Positions 36,412 to 45,918 of a stretch of DNA of 64,000 nucleotides are shown here, piece after piece. The notes under the pieces were generated by a model. That model did not search any database. It was not told the DNA's origin and saw nothing but the letters and a program-made list of their open reading frames with translations. Made by a program: the position numbers and the translations under genes. Numbering within the stretch: position 1 is the first letter of the stretch; each line of letters opens with the position of its first letter. The stretch comes from an uncultured Woeseia sp. (lineage in GTDB: Bacteria > Pseudomonadota > Gammaproteobacteria > Steroidobacterales > UBA11654): NCBI GenBank assembly GCA_964454905.1, contig CAYVTR010000002.1, forward strand, positions 6,803-70,802, given 5' to 3'.

Positions 36412-37932
36412 TTATCCCAAGTTATACCAAATGGATTTACTTTGCGTATACCCGAGCACGGATTCAAAACATGAATCTTTGGTGTTCCCAGATTGTTTGT
36501 ACCCGCCAAACTCAAAGGTCATATCACCTACGTCATAACAGTTGATATAAACCATTCCTGATTCAATAGCTCTGGCCATGTTATGAGCTCTGCTTACATT
36601 ACTTGTCCACACAGAAGCACACAGTCCATAGATGGTGTCATTAGCCATGCTTATGACTTCATCTTCAGTATCGAACGGTATAATTGAAGCCACAGGTCCG
36701 AAGATTTCCTCTCTCCCGATGGTCATGTCATTGCTAACATCTGAAAACAGAGTTGGTTCGACAAAGCATCCTGCTTCAAGGCCATCCGGTACACCGCCAC
36801 CAAATTTCAATGTGGCGCCTTCAGATTTTCCTGATTCAATAAAACCGAGCACTCTTTTTTGAGCTTGCGCGGTAACCAATGGACCCATGTTAGTCTCAGG
36901 ATCGAGTGGATCACCCGGAGTGTATGCTCCTTGTCCTTTCGCAATAAATTGATCAACAAAATCAGCATAGAGAGCGCGTTCAACATAGATCCGAGATCCA
37001 GCATTACAGACCTCGCCCATGTTCGCATAAATAGAGTCATAGGCTGTGTCAATGGCTTGATCCATATTAGGCAAGTCAGCAAAAAAGATCATGGGTGACT
37101 TACCGCCAGTTTCCAAGCTGACCTTTTTCATATTAGATTGGCCTGCATACTCAAGAAGTAATTTTCCAACCTCGGTTGATCCAGTAAAACCAATTTTTGA
37201 AACATCCGGGTGAAGCGCTAAGGCTTTACCTGCAACTTCTCCAAGACCGCTGACCACATTAAGAACCCCTGGAGGTCCGCCTGCTTCAACAAACAGTTCT
37301 GCTATCTTTATACAGGAATGTGGGGAATGCTCATCAGGTTTCAGAACCACAGAGTTTCCCGCTGCTAAAGCCGGAGCTATCTTCCATACTCCCATCAGCA
37401 GAGGATAATTCCATGGTGAAATACAACCCACCACACCGAATGGTTCTCGCACTGAAAGGTTTAATGCGCTGTCATGCGTGTTGGCAACTTTTCCATACAT
37501 TTTATCAATACACTCAGCCATGAACTTAATATTGACTGCCGAAGCCGGCACATCAACATTCAAACAATCGCTAATGGGTTTGCCCATGTTCAGGGTCTCC
37601 AAAAGTGCTAGTTCTGCAGCATTTTGATTAACAAGATCTGCAAACTTCATCATGATTCCCATGCGTTTTCTTGGGGCCATTTTCAACCAAGATCGAGCTT
37701 TATAACTTTCTTTAGCTGCGGCTACGGCCTTGTCTATATCTTTTTCTGTGCCTGCAGCAACAGTTGCACAAACTTCATTGGTTGCTGGGTTAATAACTTC
37801 GAACTTTCCACCGTCAGAGGCGTCCACATATTCACCATTAATAAAGAGTCTGCCTTCAATTTTATTTTCAGCCTCACTGGCTAGTTTGCTCCAATCCTCT
37901 TTGGAATATTTTCTTGCGCTTCTTGCGTCCAT
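36412..37932 (-). CDS. NAD(P)-dependent aldehyde dehydrogenase, PuuC/PauC-like
   Basis: The N-terminus LFINGEYVDASDGGKFEVINPATNE resembles PuuC. The catalytic blocks are ETGGKSP and EVCNAGSR. Confidence 0.8.
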   Translation of the reverse strand: MDARSARKYSKEDWSKLASEAENKIEGRLFINGEYVDASDGGKFEVINPATNEVCATVAAGTEKDIDKAVAAAKESYKARSWLKMAPRKRMGIMMKFADLVNQNAAELALLETLNMGKPISDCLNVDVPASAVNIKFMAECIDKMYGKVANTHDSALNLSVREPFGVVGCISPWNYPLLMGVWKIAPALAAGNSVVLKPDEHSPHSCIKIAELFVEAGGPPGVLNVVSGLGEVAGKALALHPDVSKIGFTGSTEVGKLLLEYAGQSNMKKVSLETGGKSPMIFFADLPNMDQAIDTAYDSIYANMGEVCNAGSRIYVERALYADFVDQFIAKGQGAYTPGDPLDPETNMGPLVTAQAQKRVLGFIESGKSEGATLKFGGGVPDGLEAGCFVEPTLFSDVSNDMTIGREEIFGPVASIIPFDTEDEVISMANDTIYGLCASVWTSNVSRAHNMARAIESGMVYINCYDVGDMTFEFGGYKQSGNTKDSCFESVLGYTQSKSIWYNLG

Positions 37933-37951
37933 TTTTAGTTCTCCTTCAATT

Positions 37952-40039
37952 TTAATTATTCCGCTGATGCAACGATATCAATGCATCAACCGCTATACAA
38001 TTATCTTTCCCCAATATTACGGGATTTATATCAATTTCACATATCTGCTCTTGGAGCTCAACTGCTATTAGTGAAAACTTTGAAGCCATCTGGGCAAATG
38101 CATCAATGTCAACTGGATCTGATCCACGATAACCTTCAAGCAGTGTTTTCATTTTCAATGATTCTATTGCTTGTTTTGCTTTATTATTAGAAAAAGGCGG
38201 CATCAGTGTCACTGCATCGTTCAATGCTTCAGCATAGTACCCTCCAAACCCAATGGTCACCATGGGTCCAAGTTGCTTATCTGTGGTCATACCTAAGATC
38301 ATTTCAACTCCATCTGATTCTATCATTGGAGCTAACAACGCATCGCCAGGTAATTTCTGCTGGAGCTTATTATAAGATTCTAGAAGCTGCTCCTCTGAGT
38401 TAATAGCGAGAAATACGCCGTCAAGCTCTGACTTATGTAAGGCCTCTTCTAGTGCTGTCTTTAAGACTAATGGAAATTGCATTGATCTTGATTGATCTAT
38501 CAACTGATCTCTATCTCCAACAATATGGCTCTCGTTGGAATTAATGCCAAGCTCAGCAAACATTTTCAATGCCTCACTCTCTCCGATATAACTTCTTTCG
38601 CTGAGATCTTGTTTATACTTTTCTAAAATTGACCGGGGTAGCTCTTCATTAATAGTACCTTTGGTTGACAAAAAGTCTCTGAAGTTATGCATGCATCGCA
38701 CTCCTGCTAAGAAAGAGTAGACGCCATCAATTATAGGCATTCCTGCATGAGTTGACTCAGCTACTAATGGATCAGAACCAGTCCCCTGACGATTGGAAAC
38801 AAGAAAAATAGGCTTACCAGATTGTTCATTAGCCTGTTTCATAAAATCAATATATTCTGGGTAGATCCTACTAATGGGTCCGCGATCCATAGCGATTGCC
38901 CCCATTGAAGCATCCGGATCCATTAACATGGCTATAATTGAATCAATCATAATCTGATCAGAATCTCCCAATCCTCTACCCCAAGCATCCAGTGGGTTAA
39001 CTGCAGGTAATCCAGGATCCAATATATCTGCCAGATTTTCGACAGTATCTTGGCTTAACTCAGCAAACTCTACGCCCTGTTGATCAGCTAAATCAATGAT
39101 CAATTGTCGTTCTCCACCTGAATCATGAATGGATACCAATCCTCCGTTTGTTAATTGATAGGGTTGTGCAAACATTATTAAAGTTGTTGCAAGTTCGTCC
39201 ATATCATTAACTCGCTGAATTCCGTATTTATTAAACAAAGCGTTATAACAATCATCTTCGCCAGACAGACCTCCAGAATGTGAAACGGTCAACTCAGCTG
39301 AGCGAGCTGTTTTACCTGTTTTTAAAATAACAATGGGAATCCTTTTTTCTATGGCTAACTCAAAAGCTTTAATCATAACCTTGGGTTTTCTAATAGTTTC
39401 CAAGAACAACCCTACGACTCTGGTGCTCGGCTGATGCAAAGCGTATTCGAGATAATCTTCAGCGCCGGTCGTTAATTCTTGGCCGGATGAAACCCCTAGA
39501 TTCAAATTGATACGCTCGTCACAATCAATAATTCCCGCAAGACCAGAGCCAGATTGACTAATTAAACAAATACCACCGGATTGATGATTAGGCCGGGTGT
39601 CAAAACCATTAGCCCAAACACTCTTTTCAATATTAAAAAAGCCCGTACCGTTTGCACCGCATAAAAGGACATTTGCGTCCTTTAATCTTGCTTCTAGTCG
39701 ATCTTTTAAAACGGGCGTGGAATCATCGTCAATTACCAACATAGATAATATAGTCATAGCCTGAACACCTGCCTTGATTGCCGCATCGACCAGCCCTTCA
39801 AGTCTTTGATCAGAAACTGCGAAAATAGCGTGCTCAACTGGTTCAGGTAAAGATTGGAAATCTGGAAAACATGGGACATCCAATACTTGGTCGTATTTTG
39901 GATTGATGCCATACAAATTACCCTCGTATCCTCCATGGAGAAGATTTTTTAATAATCTACTACCGACCCCCGCTGAGGTTGACGCGCCGACAACGGCGAT
40001 GCTTGCTGGGTTTAACAGAGGGTTTAAACGATGTGACAT
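37952..40039 (-). CDS. ADP-forming acyl-CoA synthetase (fused CoA-binding + ATP-grasp domains; acetate--CoA ligase family)
   Basis: Supporting features are LNPASIAVVGAS, a succinyl-CoA-ligase-like flavodoxin domain, a C-terminal ATP-grasp domain and a length of 695 aa. Confidence 0.75.
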   Translation of the reverse strand: MSHRLNPLLNPASIAVVGASTSAGVGSRLLKNLLHGGYEGNLYGINPKYDQVLDVPCFPDFQSLPEPVEHAIFAVSDQRLEGLVDAAIKAGVQAMTILSMLVIDDDSTPVLKDRLEARLKDANVLLCGANGTGFFNIEKSVWANGFDTRPNHQSGGICLISQSGSGLAGIIDCDERINLNLGVSSGQELTTGAEDYLEYALHQPSTRVVGLFLETIRKPKVMIKAFELAIEKRIPIVILKTGKTARSAELTVSHSGGLSGEDDCYNALFNKYGIQRVNDMDELATTLIMFAQPYQLTNGGLVSIHDSGGERQLIIDLADQQGVEFAELSQDTVENLADILDPGLPAVNPLDAWGRGLGDSDQIMIDSIIAMLMDPDASMGAIAMDRGPISRIYPEYIDFMKQANEQSGKPIFLVSNRQGTGSDPLVAESTHAGMPIIDGVYSFLAGVRCMHNFRDFLSTKGTINEELPRSILEKYKQDLSERSYIGESEALKMFAELGINSNESHIVGDRDQLIDQSRSMQFPLVLKTALEEALHKSELDGVFLAINSEEQLLESYNKLQQKLPGDALLAPMIESDGVEMILGMTTDKQLGPMVTIGFGGYYAEALNDAVTLMPPFSNNKAKQAIESLKMKTLLEGYRGSDPVDIDAFAQMASKFSLIAVELQEQICEIDINPVILGKDNCIAVDALISLHQRNN

Positions 40040-40047
40040 AAATTAGT

Positions 40048-41238
40048 CTAGTATAGTTCTGCAGGTGTTGTTCTTTTCCTGTCAGGGTCAAAGAATGGTT
40101 TAGTAACAATTGTTGCCTCTTCCATGACTTTATTCCACTCCAAGTCTTTCTGATAGTAGATCTCAGCAACAATTTTATCCTTTCCTTTTTTCCAAGGATC
40201 ATGAAGTGTAGCAAAAGCAATATTTGCTTTGGCACTGGGAGAAAACATAGCAGAAGTGACATTGCCTATTTTCTTTCCTGATTGATTATACAGATAGGAG
40301 CCTTCTGCAGGTTTGTTGCCATTAACATTAAGTTTTACAAAAGTGTATCGAGAACCCCTTTTCTTTTCTTCTAACAAGGCCTGTCTTCCATTAAAAACTG
40401 GCTTCGATAAATCCACCAACCAAGATAAACCTAATTCGAAAGGTGACCTGGTTGAGCCAGGCCTAATAGCATCCTCAGCTACCATAAAATCTTGGCCTGG
40501 GACTAGTAAGCCAGCCTCGATTCTAACTAAATCTAAGGCATCTAAACCGAATGGATGTATACCATATATTTCACCTTTATCGAATAAAACATCCCAGAAA
40601 TCTAAAGCCACTTCATTAACCATGCAAACCTCATAGCCGAGATCGCCACTGAATCCAGTTCTTGAAATCATAATCTCTTGACCCTGAAAATCATAATGTT
40701 TGATATCAAACGGTTTTAAGTGCTCAATTCCCTCAAAACCCATAGCTTTTAAAATGCTACAAGATGTTGGACCTTGAACTCCTAAACAAGCGATATCATC
40801 AGTAATTTCCTCAATCTTTACATCAAACCCAATCGCAGCTATTCCAAGATTATCAAGCTGTCTTTCTACGCATAGAAGCCAATATTCGTTCTCCCTAATA
40901 TGAAAAACAGTTCCATCATCTAGAACTTGGCCTTGCTCATCACACCAAACGACATAACCAACACGTCCAATAGCAATTTTATCCATATCTCTGGTGAAGA
41001 AACGATTCACAAACTCAGCAGCATCAGGTCCGGTTATTTTTTGCTTCACCATTGGTGTGTAATCTATAACCCCTGTCGTGTTTCTTACGGCAAAATACTC
41101 GAGATCCGTTCTAAAGTAATTTGTTGAAACTGTATAATCTTTCCATCGTGTCCATTCATTAAGGATATTCAATTCAGAGGTTCTTTCATGGAATGGGGTT
41201 TTGTAAACCGATTTCTTGTAATGATCTTGTTGCAACAT
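40048..41238 (-). CDS. GcvT-family aminomethyltransferase-like, folate-binding protein
   Basis: It shows GcvT-fold blocks (GVIDYTPM, ITGPDAAEFVNR, GVQGP, ISRTGFSGDLGYE, RIEAGL). I chose the start at MLQQDH, 1 nt after the upstream stop. Confidence 0.75.
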   Translation of the reverse strand: MLQQDHYKKSVYKTPFHERTSELNILNEWTRWKDYTVSTNYFRTDLEYFAVRNTTGVIDYTPMVKQKITGPDAAEFVNRFFTRDMDKIAIGRVGYVVWCDEQGQVLDDGTVFHIRENEYWLLCVERQLDNLGIAAIGFDVKIEEITDDIACLGVQGPTSCSILKAMGFEGIEHLKPFDIKHYDFQGQEIMISRTGFSGDLGYEVCMVNEVALDFWDVLFDKGEIYGIHPFGLDALDLVRIEAGLLVPGQDFMVAEDAIRPGSTRSPFELGLSWLVDLSKPVFNGRQALLEEKKRGSRYTFVKLNVNGNKPAEGSYLYNQSGKKIGNVTSAMFSPSAKANIAFATLHDPWKKGKDKIVAEIYYQKDLEWNKVMEEATIVTKPFFDPDRKRTTPAELY

Positions 41239-41239
41239 C

Positions 41240-42808
41240 TTATGACTCCCTACTGATGATTTCATTTGCTGCATTTCTCCCAGCAAGCCCCATCAATCCC
41301 CCACCAGGATGACAGCCAGCTCCACAAAGATATAGGGACTCAATGGGTGCCGTATATTGTGCCATCCCAGGAATAGGTCTTAACATCAAGAATTGGTCAA
41401 AAGTTAATTCTCCATGATGCCAATGACCGCCAGTTATTCCGTATTCTTTCTCAAAATCTACAGGTGACAATAACTCAGCATGCACAATTAACTTCTTGAT
41501 ACCCGGCGCCATGTTTTCTAATTGATTAAGGCAATTTTCTAGGATCTTTGGTTTTGAATCATCCCAGCCGTCTTTCAAGTGATAAGCTGTGTTATTTACG
41601 ATTGCAGATAATACATGACGACCTTTTGGTGCCAAAGTATCATCATGAATCGATGGAATAATAATCTCCATGGGTAACTCATCTGAGTATTGACCATATT
41701 TTGTAAAATCATGGGCTAATTCTAAATATTTCATACTCGGTGCATTAATGATTCTATGGCCTAGATCTTCAGGCTCAACTCCTTTAAAAACAGGCAAACC
41801 TGATAAAGCTAAATGCAGCTTAGAGGTATTACCTCGCATTCTAATATTGCTGATTTTATGGACCACAGCAGGCTCTAAATGCTTCGGTCCAACTAAACAC
41901 ATGAATGTGCTCCGTGGGTCAACTCCAGACACCACAATATCAGCTTGGGCTTTATCACCATTCTCTAAGATAAGACCTTTCACTTTATTGTCACTATCCA
42001 GATCAATTTGTTTAATTGGAGTATTCAAATGGAGAGTAACACCTGCACTCTCAGCAGCTTTTTGAAGTGCTTGCGAGTAAGCACTCATTCCACCTTTCGG
42101 AATAGCATAACTGCCTTGGACTCCATTAAGGTCACCGGTTAGTTGATGCATATAAGTAATTACACTGTTATTTGTTCTTGGCCCCATTCGATTGCCTAAC
42201 AAAGCATCAAGTGCAATGGAGCCTTTAATATGGTCATGTTCGAAATATTCATTGAGAACGTCATAAATATTAATCGCAATAAACTTCAGCATATTACTCA
42301 TAGAATCCTTGCCCATAGTTCTCAGGTTCCACCCAAGTTTCATCAGAGTTTTCAGATCTTTTCTATCCTCTGAGCCTAATCTTGGTGGTGTCGATTGATA
42401 AGTTTTTTTGAAAAATCCAGAAAGCTTTTTCATGCTGCTTCTGAATTCTTTATATTGATCTTGCTCTCTTAAAGTAATATCGTCTCCGCTGACCTTATCG
42501 TCATCAAAAATCAAGGCATTACCCTTAGGATTTATCGACACAGTTTTTAGCCCGCTGGCCGCATATGAAAGACCATGTTTCTTAAGTTGTAGAAACTTCT
42601 GAATTCCAGAATCATTTTGATGCAATAAATGGGCACCGCCTGGAACTGTATATCCGTCTGTTATTTCTCTAGTTGAAGCCATACCACCGATTTCGGAACG
42701 TGACTCATAAAGATCCACTTTAAAGCCCGCCTTAGCTAGATATGAACCACAAATTAAGCCGTTATGACCTCCTCCTATAATCGCTATATTTTTATTTTTC
42801 CTAGTCAT
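41240..42808 (-). CDS. phytoene desaturase (CrtI)-family NAD(P)/FAD-dependent oxidoreductase, paralog B
   Basis: The dinucleotide-binding N-terminus is IAIIGGGHNGLICGSYLAKAG and the C-terminus is CGAGCHPGGGLMG. The start is taken at MTRKNK. Confidence 0.75.
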   Translation of the reverse strand: MTRKNKNIAIIGGGHNGLICGSYLAKAGFKVDLYESRSEIGGMASTREITDGYTVPGGAHLLHQNDSGIQKFLQLKKHGLSYAASGLKTVSINPKGNALIFDDDKVSGDDITLREQDQYKEFRSSMKKLSGFFKKTYQSTPPRLGSEDRKDLKTLMKLGWNLRTMGKDSMSNMLKFIAINIYDVLNEYFEHDHIKGSIALDALLGNRMGPRTNNSVITYMHQLTGDLNGVQGSYAIPKGGMSAYSQALQKAAESAGVTLHLNTPIKQIDLDSDNKVKGLILENGDKAQADIVVSGVDPRSTFMCLVGPKHLEPAVVHKISNIRMRGNTSKLHLALSGLPVFKGVEPEDLGHRIINAPSMKYLELAHDFTKYGQYSDELPMEIIIPSIHDDTLAPKGRHVLSAIVNNTAYHLKDGWDDSKPKILENCLNQLENMAPGIKKLIVHAELLSPVDFEKEYGITGGHWHHGELTFDQFLMLRPIPGMAQYTAPIESLYLCGAGCHPGGGLMGLAGRNAANEIISRES

Positions 42809-44417
42809 CGTTTTCCGCTTCTGGAACAATATTCTTTCGCCTTAAATCAAACAACATCTCTCTAGCTGCATTGGCTCCAGGGGCAGCCATAACTCCGCCC
42901 CCAGGATGGGTACTAGATCCACACATGTAAAAGCCTTTTACTGGACCTCGAAATTGTGCATAACCAGGGAATGGTCTATTGAAGAACATTTGATCCATGG
43001 TTAATTCGCCTTGGAAAATATTACCTTCTGTTAAGCCAACCTCATCCTCAATGTCTTGAGGTGTTCTTATTTCTGCATGAACAATCAGGTCTTTAAAATT
43101 TGGACTGTAGGCACCTATTTGATCAATAACAGTTTTACCAAAACCTTCTCGATCTTGATCAGTCCACTCACCGGTTGCTAGTTTTGGTGGTGCGTACTGG
43201 ACAAACACTGACATATAGTGCTTACCAGGAGGTGCCATTGTTGGATCTGTCATAGTTGGAATAAGGGTGTCACAATAAGGATCTTGTGACCAACGACCAT
43301 TCTTCCAATCATCATAAGCTCTCTCGATTCTTTCCAATGAATCAATAAAATGCATATCCGCATATATAAGCGGGTTATTTTTTCCCAGAGCTGGAAACTC
43401 AGGGAGACCGTCTAGAGCAATATTTAACTTACCTGAGGACCCATTGAATTTATAATTATCAACTTGTTTGAGTAATTTTTCACTGAGATCTTGAGGGTCG
43501 AACAGATCTTGATAGGTGCGTCTAGCATCTAAATTAGATACAACATTCTTAGCATAATATTCATCGCCATTAGCTAAAACAACGCCAGTGGTTTTGCCAT
43601 TCTTAACTTGAACTTGAGTGACTTCTGCATTGGTTAGAATTTCACCTTGATGCTCCTGGAGAGCGCCTGCAAGTGCTTTGGAAACTGAGCCCATGCCGCC
43701 TCTTGCAAATCCCCAAGAACCAATACTGCCATCAACTTCTCCCATGTAATGATGCAACAAGACATAGGCAGTTCCTGGAGAATATGGACCGAGAGCGGAG
43801 CCAATAATCCCACTGCCTGATAGAGCAGCTTTAACAATATCTGACTCGAAATACTCTTCCAAGTATTCAGCCGCACTCATGGTATAAAAACGTATTGTGT
43901 CGTAAATAGTTTGTTCACCTAGCCCGTATAATCGCTTGAATAAATACATTAATTCTCCAAGGTCTTTAGGTTTGAAAGAAGTGGGATCGGGAGGTGTTCT
44001 CAGTAGCAGGGGTTTAATAAATCGACACTGTTTGGACACATCTCTACCGAATCTAACGTAAGCATCAGCATCCTTTTTAGAAAAGCGTCCGATCTCTCTT
44101 CTTTGTAAGTCATGATCGGAATAACCACCAAAAATATTTCCATCTTCCATGAAGGTCACACTACCTCCATAGGCAATAACCTGTAACCCGTGTTTTTGTA
44201 AATTTAGATCTCGATATATTTCAGGTCTTAATAAACTACAAACATAAGAACAATTTGAATAGGTCCAACCATCATGCAACTCTCGGCTCACAGCAGCACC
44301 ACCGATGTAATCATTTTTCTCTAAGACAAGCACCTTCAGACCTGACTTAGCTAAATAAGCAGCATTGGTCAAACCATTATGGCCTGCTCCGATAACTATA
44401 GCGTCATACTTATTCAA
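42801..44417 (-). CDS. phytoene desaturase (CrtI)-family NAD(P)/FAD-dependent oxidoreductase, paralog A
   Basis: The N-terminus is DAIVIGAGHNGLTNAAYLAKSG and the C-terminus is CGSSTHPGGGVM. It is paralogous to the downstream gene. Confidence 0.75.
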   Translation of the reverse strand: MNKYDAIVIGAGHNGLTNAAYLAKSGLKVLVLEKNDYIGGAAVSRELHDGWTYSNCSYVCSLLRPEIYRDLNLQKHGLQVIAYGGSVTFMEDGNIFGGYSDHDLQRREIGRFSKKDADAYVRFGRDVSKQCRFIKPLLLRTPPDPTSFKPKDLGELMYLFKRLYGLGEQTIYDTIRFYTMSAAEYLEEYFESDIVKAALSGSGIIGSALGPYSPGTAYVLLHHYMGEVDGSIGSWGFARGGMGSVSKALAGALQEHQGEILTNAEVTQVQVKNGKTTGVVLANGDEYYAKNVVSNLDARRTYQDLFDPQDLSEKLLKQVDNYKFNGSSGKLNIALDGLPEFPALGKNNPLIYADMHFIDSLERIERAYDDWKNGRWSQDPYCDTLIPTMTDPTMAPPGKHYMSVFVQYAPPKLATGEWTDQDREGFGKTVIDQIGAYSPNFKDLIVHAEIRTPQDIEDEVGLTEGNIFQGELTMDQMFFNRPFPGYAQFRGPVKGFYMCGSSTHPGGGVMAAPGANAAREMLFDLRRKNIVPEAENDD

Positions 44418-44418
44418 T

Positions 44419-45732
44419 TCATTCCCCTTCTAGTGATCTCTCAAGAGCGGCTTCAAAAGCAGTCAAAGTAGGCTGCAGTGCATCCTTAGCATGAGCTTCG
44501 CATATAAACCACGGCTCTCTCGGATCGAACTCGCATAATACCCCATCTTCGAGCAATTCTTCAGCAAGTTTTTCATAAAACGGGTAGTTCGAACCCTTGA
44601 AATCTCGTGCGTTTGTCGGTGCAGATTCAGATAAAAATAAACCGGACATTGATGGGTGACCTGTAAAGCAATGTGCAACATTGTGGTTTGACAAAATTTT
44701 ACTGAGTCCGTCTCTCAAATCAGTGCCGTATTGATTAACTGTTTCTAGAGCATTAGTGTTCTGCAGAATATCTAAGGTTTTATTGGCTGCTGAAATAGCA
44801 ACGGAATGTGCAGTAAACGTTCCCCCATGAAGAACTCCTCCATATTTAATTGAACGCATTAGTTCTTCTTTGCCACAAACGGCGGCTATTGGATAACCGT
44901 TTGCAATGGATTTAGCAAATGTGCATAAATCAGCCTCGACTCCATAAAGTTCCTGAACACCCCCTTTAGCTACTCTAAACCCGGTTTTAACTTCATCAAT
45001 TATTAAGACAACATTGTATTGATCACACAGCGAACGTACTGCATTTATATATTCTTGTGTTGCCCCAATAGAGCAACAATTTCCCAAGATGGGCTCAATA
45101 AGCAAAGCGCCTATATCGTTATGCTTTTCTTTTAGTAAATCTTCCAAACGAGAGGCGTCATTCATCGGAACAAGGTGCAAAAGCTCTCCATTATGCTTTG
45201 GTATCCCTTGGCTTGAAGAAGCCAGAACTGGAGAACCTGCAGTGGGGTCCCATTCATCCAAATCAATATCCCAAAGAACTGCATCTGAAACACCATGATA
45301 ACCACCTTCAATCATAATAAATTCATCTCTTTTAGAGTAAGCTCTTGCAACTCTTAAAGCGGCCATAACAGCTTCTGTACCTGAATTGGAATAACGAACT
45401 AATTCTGCTGAAGGAACCATGGCTGATATCTTATTCGCCACTTCATATTCCAGTTCAGTAGCAAGAGCAAAGACTCCACCAATCTCTATACCTTCTCTTG
45501 CTGCTTGATCAACTCTGGGGTCTGCGTAACCAAGGATATAAGGTCCATAGGCCAATCGATAATCGATATATTCATTATCATCTAAATCCCACAACCTGCA
45601 TCCTGATGCATGGTCTATGTATATTGTTTCATCATCTCCCCAATATCTGAAATTGGAAGTTACTCCCAACGGGAGCTTATTGATGGCTTTTTTAAAATGT
45701 TTGTTACTTTTTTCTAACGATCTTTTACTCAT
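44419..45732 (-). CDS. class III PLP-dependent aminotransferase (glutamate-1-semialdehyde aminomutase-like)
   Basis: Supporting blocks are NSGTEAVMAALRVARAY, LIIDEVKTGFRV and AKSIANG (PLP lysine region). I chose the start at MSKRSLEK. Confidence 0.8.
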   Translation of the reverse strand: MSKRSLEKSNKHFKKAINKLPLGVTSNFRYWGDDETIYIDHASGCRLWDLDDNEYIDYRLAYGPYILGYADPRVDQAAREGIEIGGVFALATELEYEVANKISAMVPSAELVRYSNSGTEAVMAALRVARAYSKRDEFIMIEGGYHGVSDAVLWDIDLDEWDPTAGSPVLASSSQGIPKHNGELLHLVPMNDASRLEDLLKEKHNDIGALLIEPILGNCCSIGATQEYINAVRSLCDQYNVVLIIDEVKTGFRVAKGGVQELYGVEADLCTFAKSIANGYPIAAVCGKEELMRSIKYGGVLHGGTFTAHSVAISAANKTLDILQNTNALETVNQYGTDLRDGLSKILSNHNVAHCFTGHPSMSGLFLSESAPTNARDFKGSNYPFYEKLAEELLEDGVLCEFDPREPWFICEAHAKDALQPTLTAFEAALERSLEGE

Positions 45733-45918
45733 ATATCTTCTCTGTTTCTGTCCTGCATTCAGGAATAATTGAACTTTTATGGACACGTGCCGCGTCTAAG
45801 GAATACAGATTAGTTTCTTGTATAAATGATATTGAAACGAGAATTTAGTAGATACATCATATGATGATATGGTATCCAAAAGAAAATCAGTTGAAAAGGA
45901 AAATCGTGTGGATCAATA

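Noticed and set aside
37730-38071. A 113-aa plus-strand ORF spanning the ALDH / acyl-CoA synthetase junction.
   Set aside because: It is antisense to two tightly packed, motif-supported genes, and its sequence is low-complexity.
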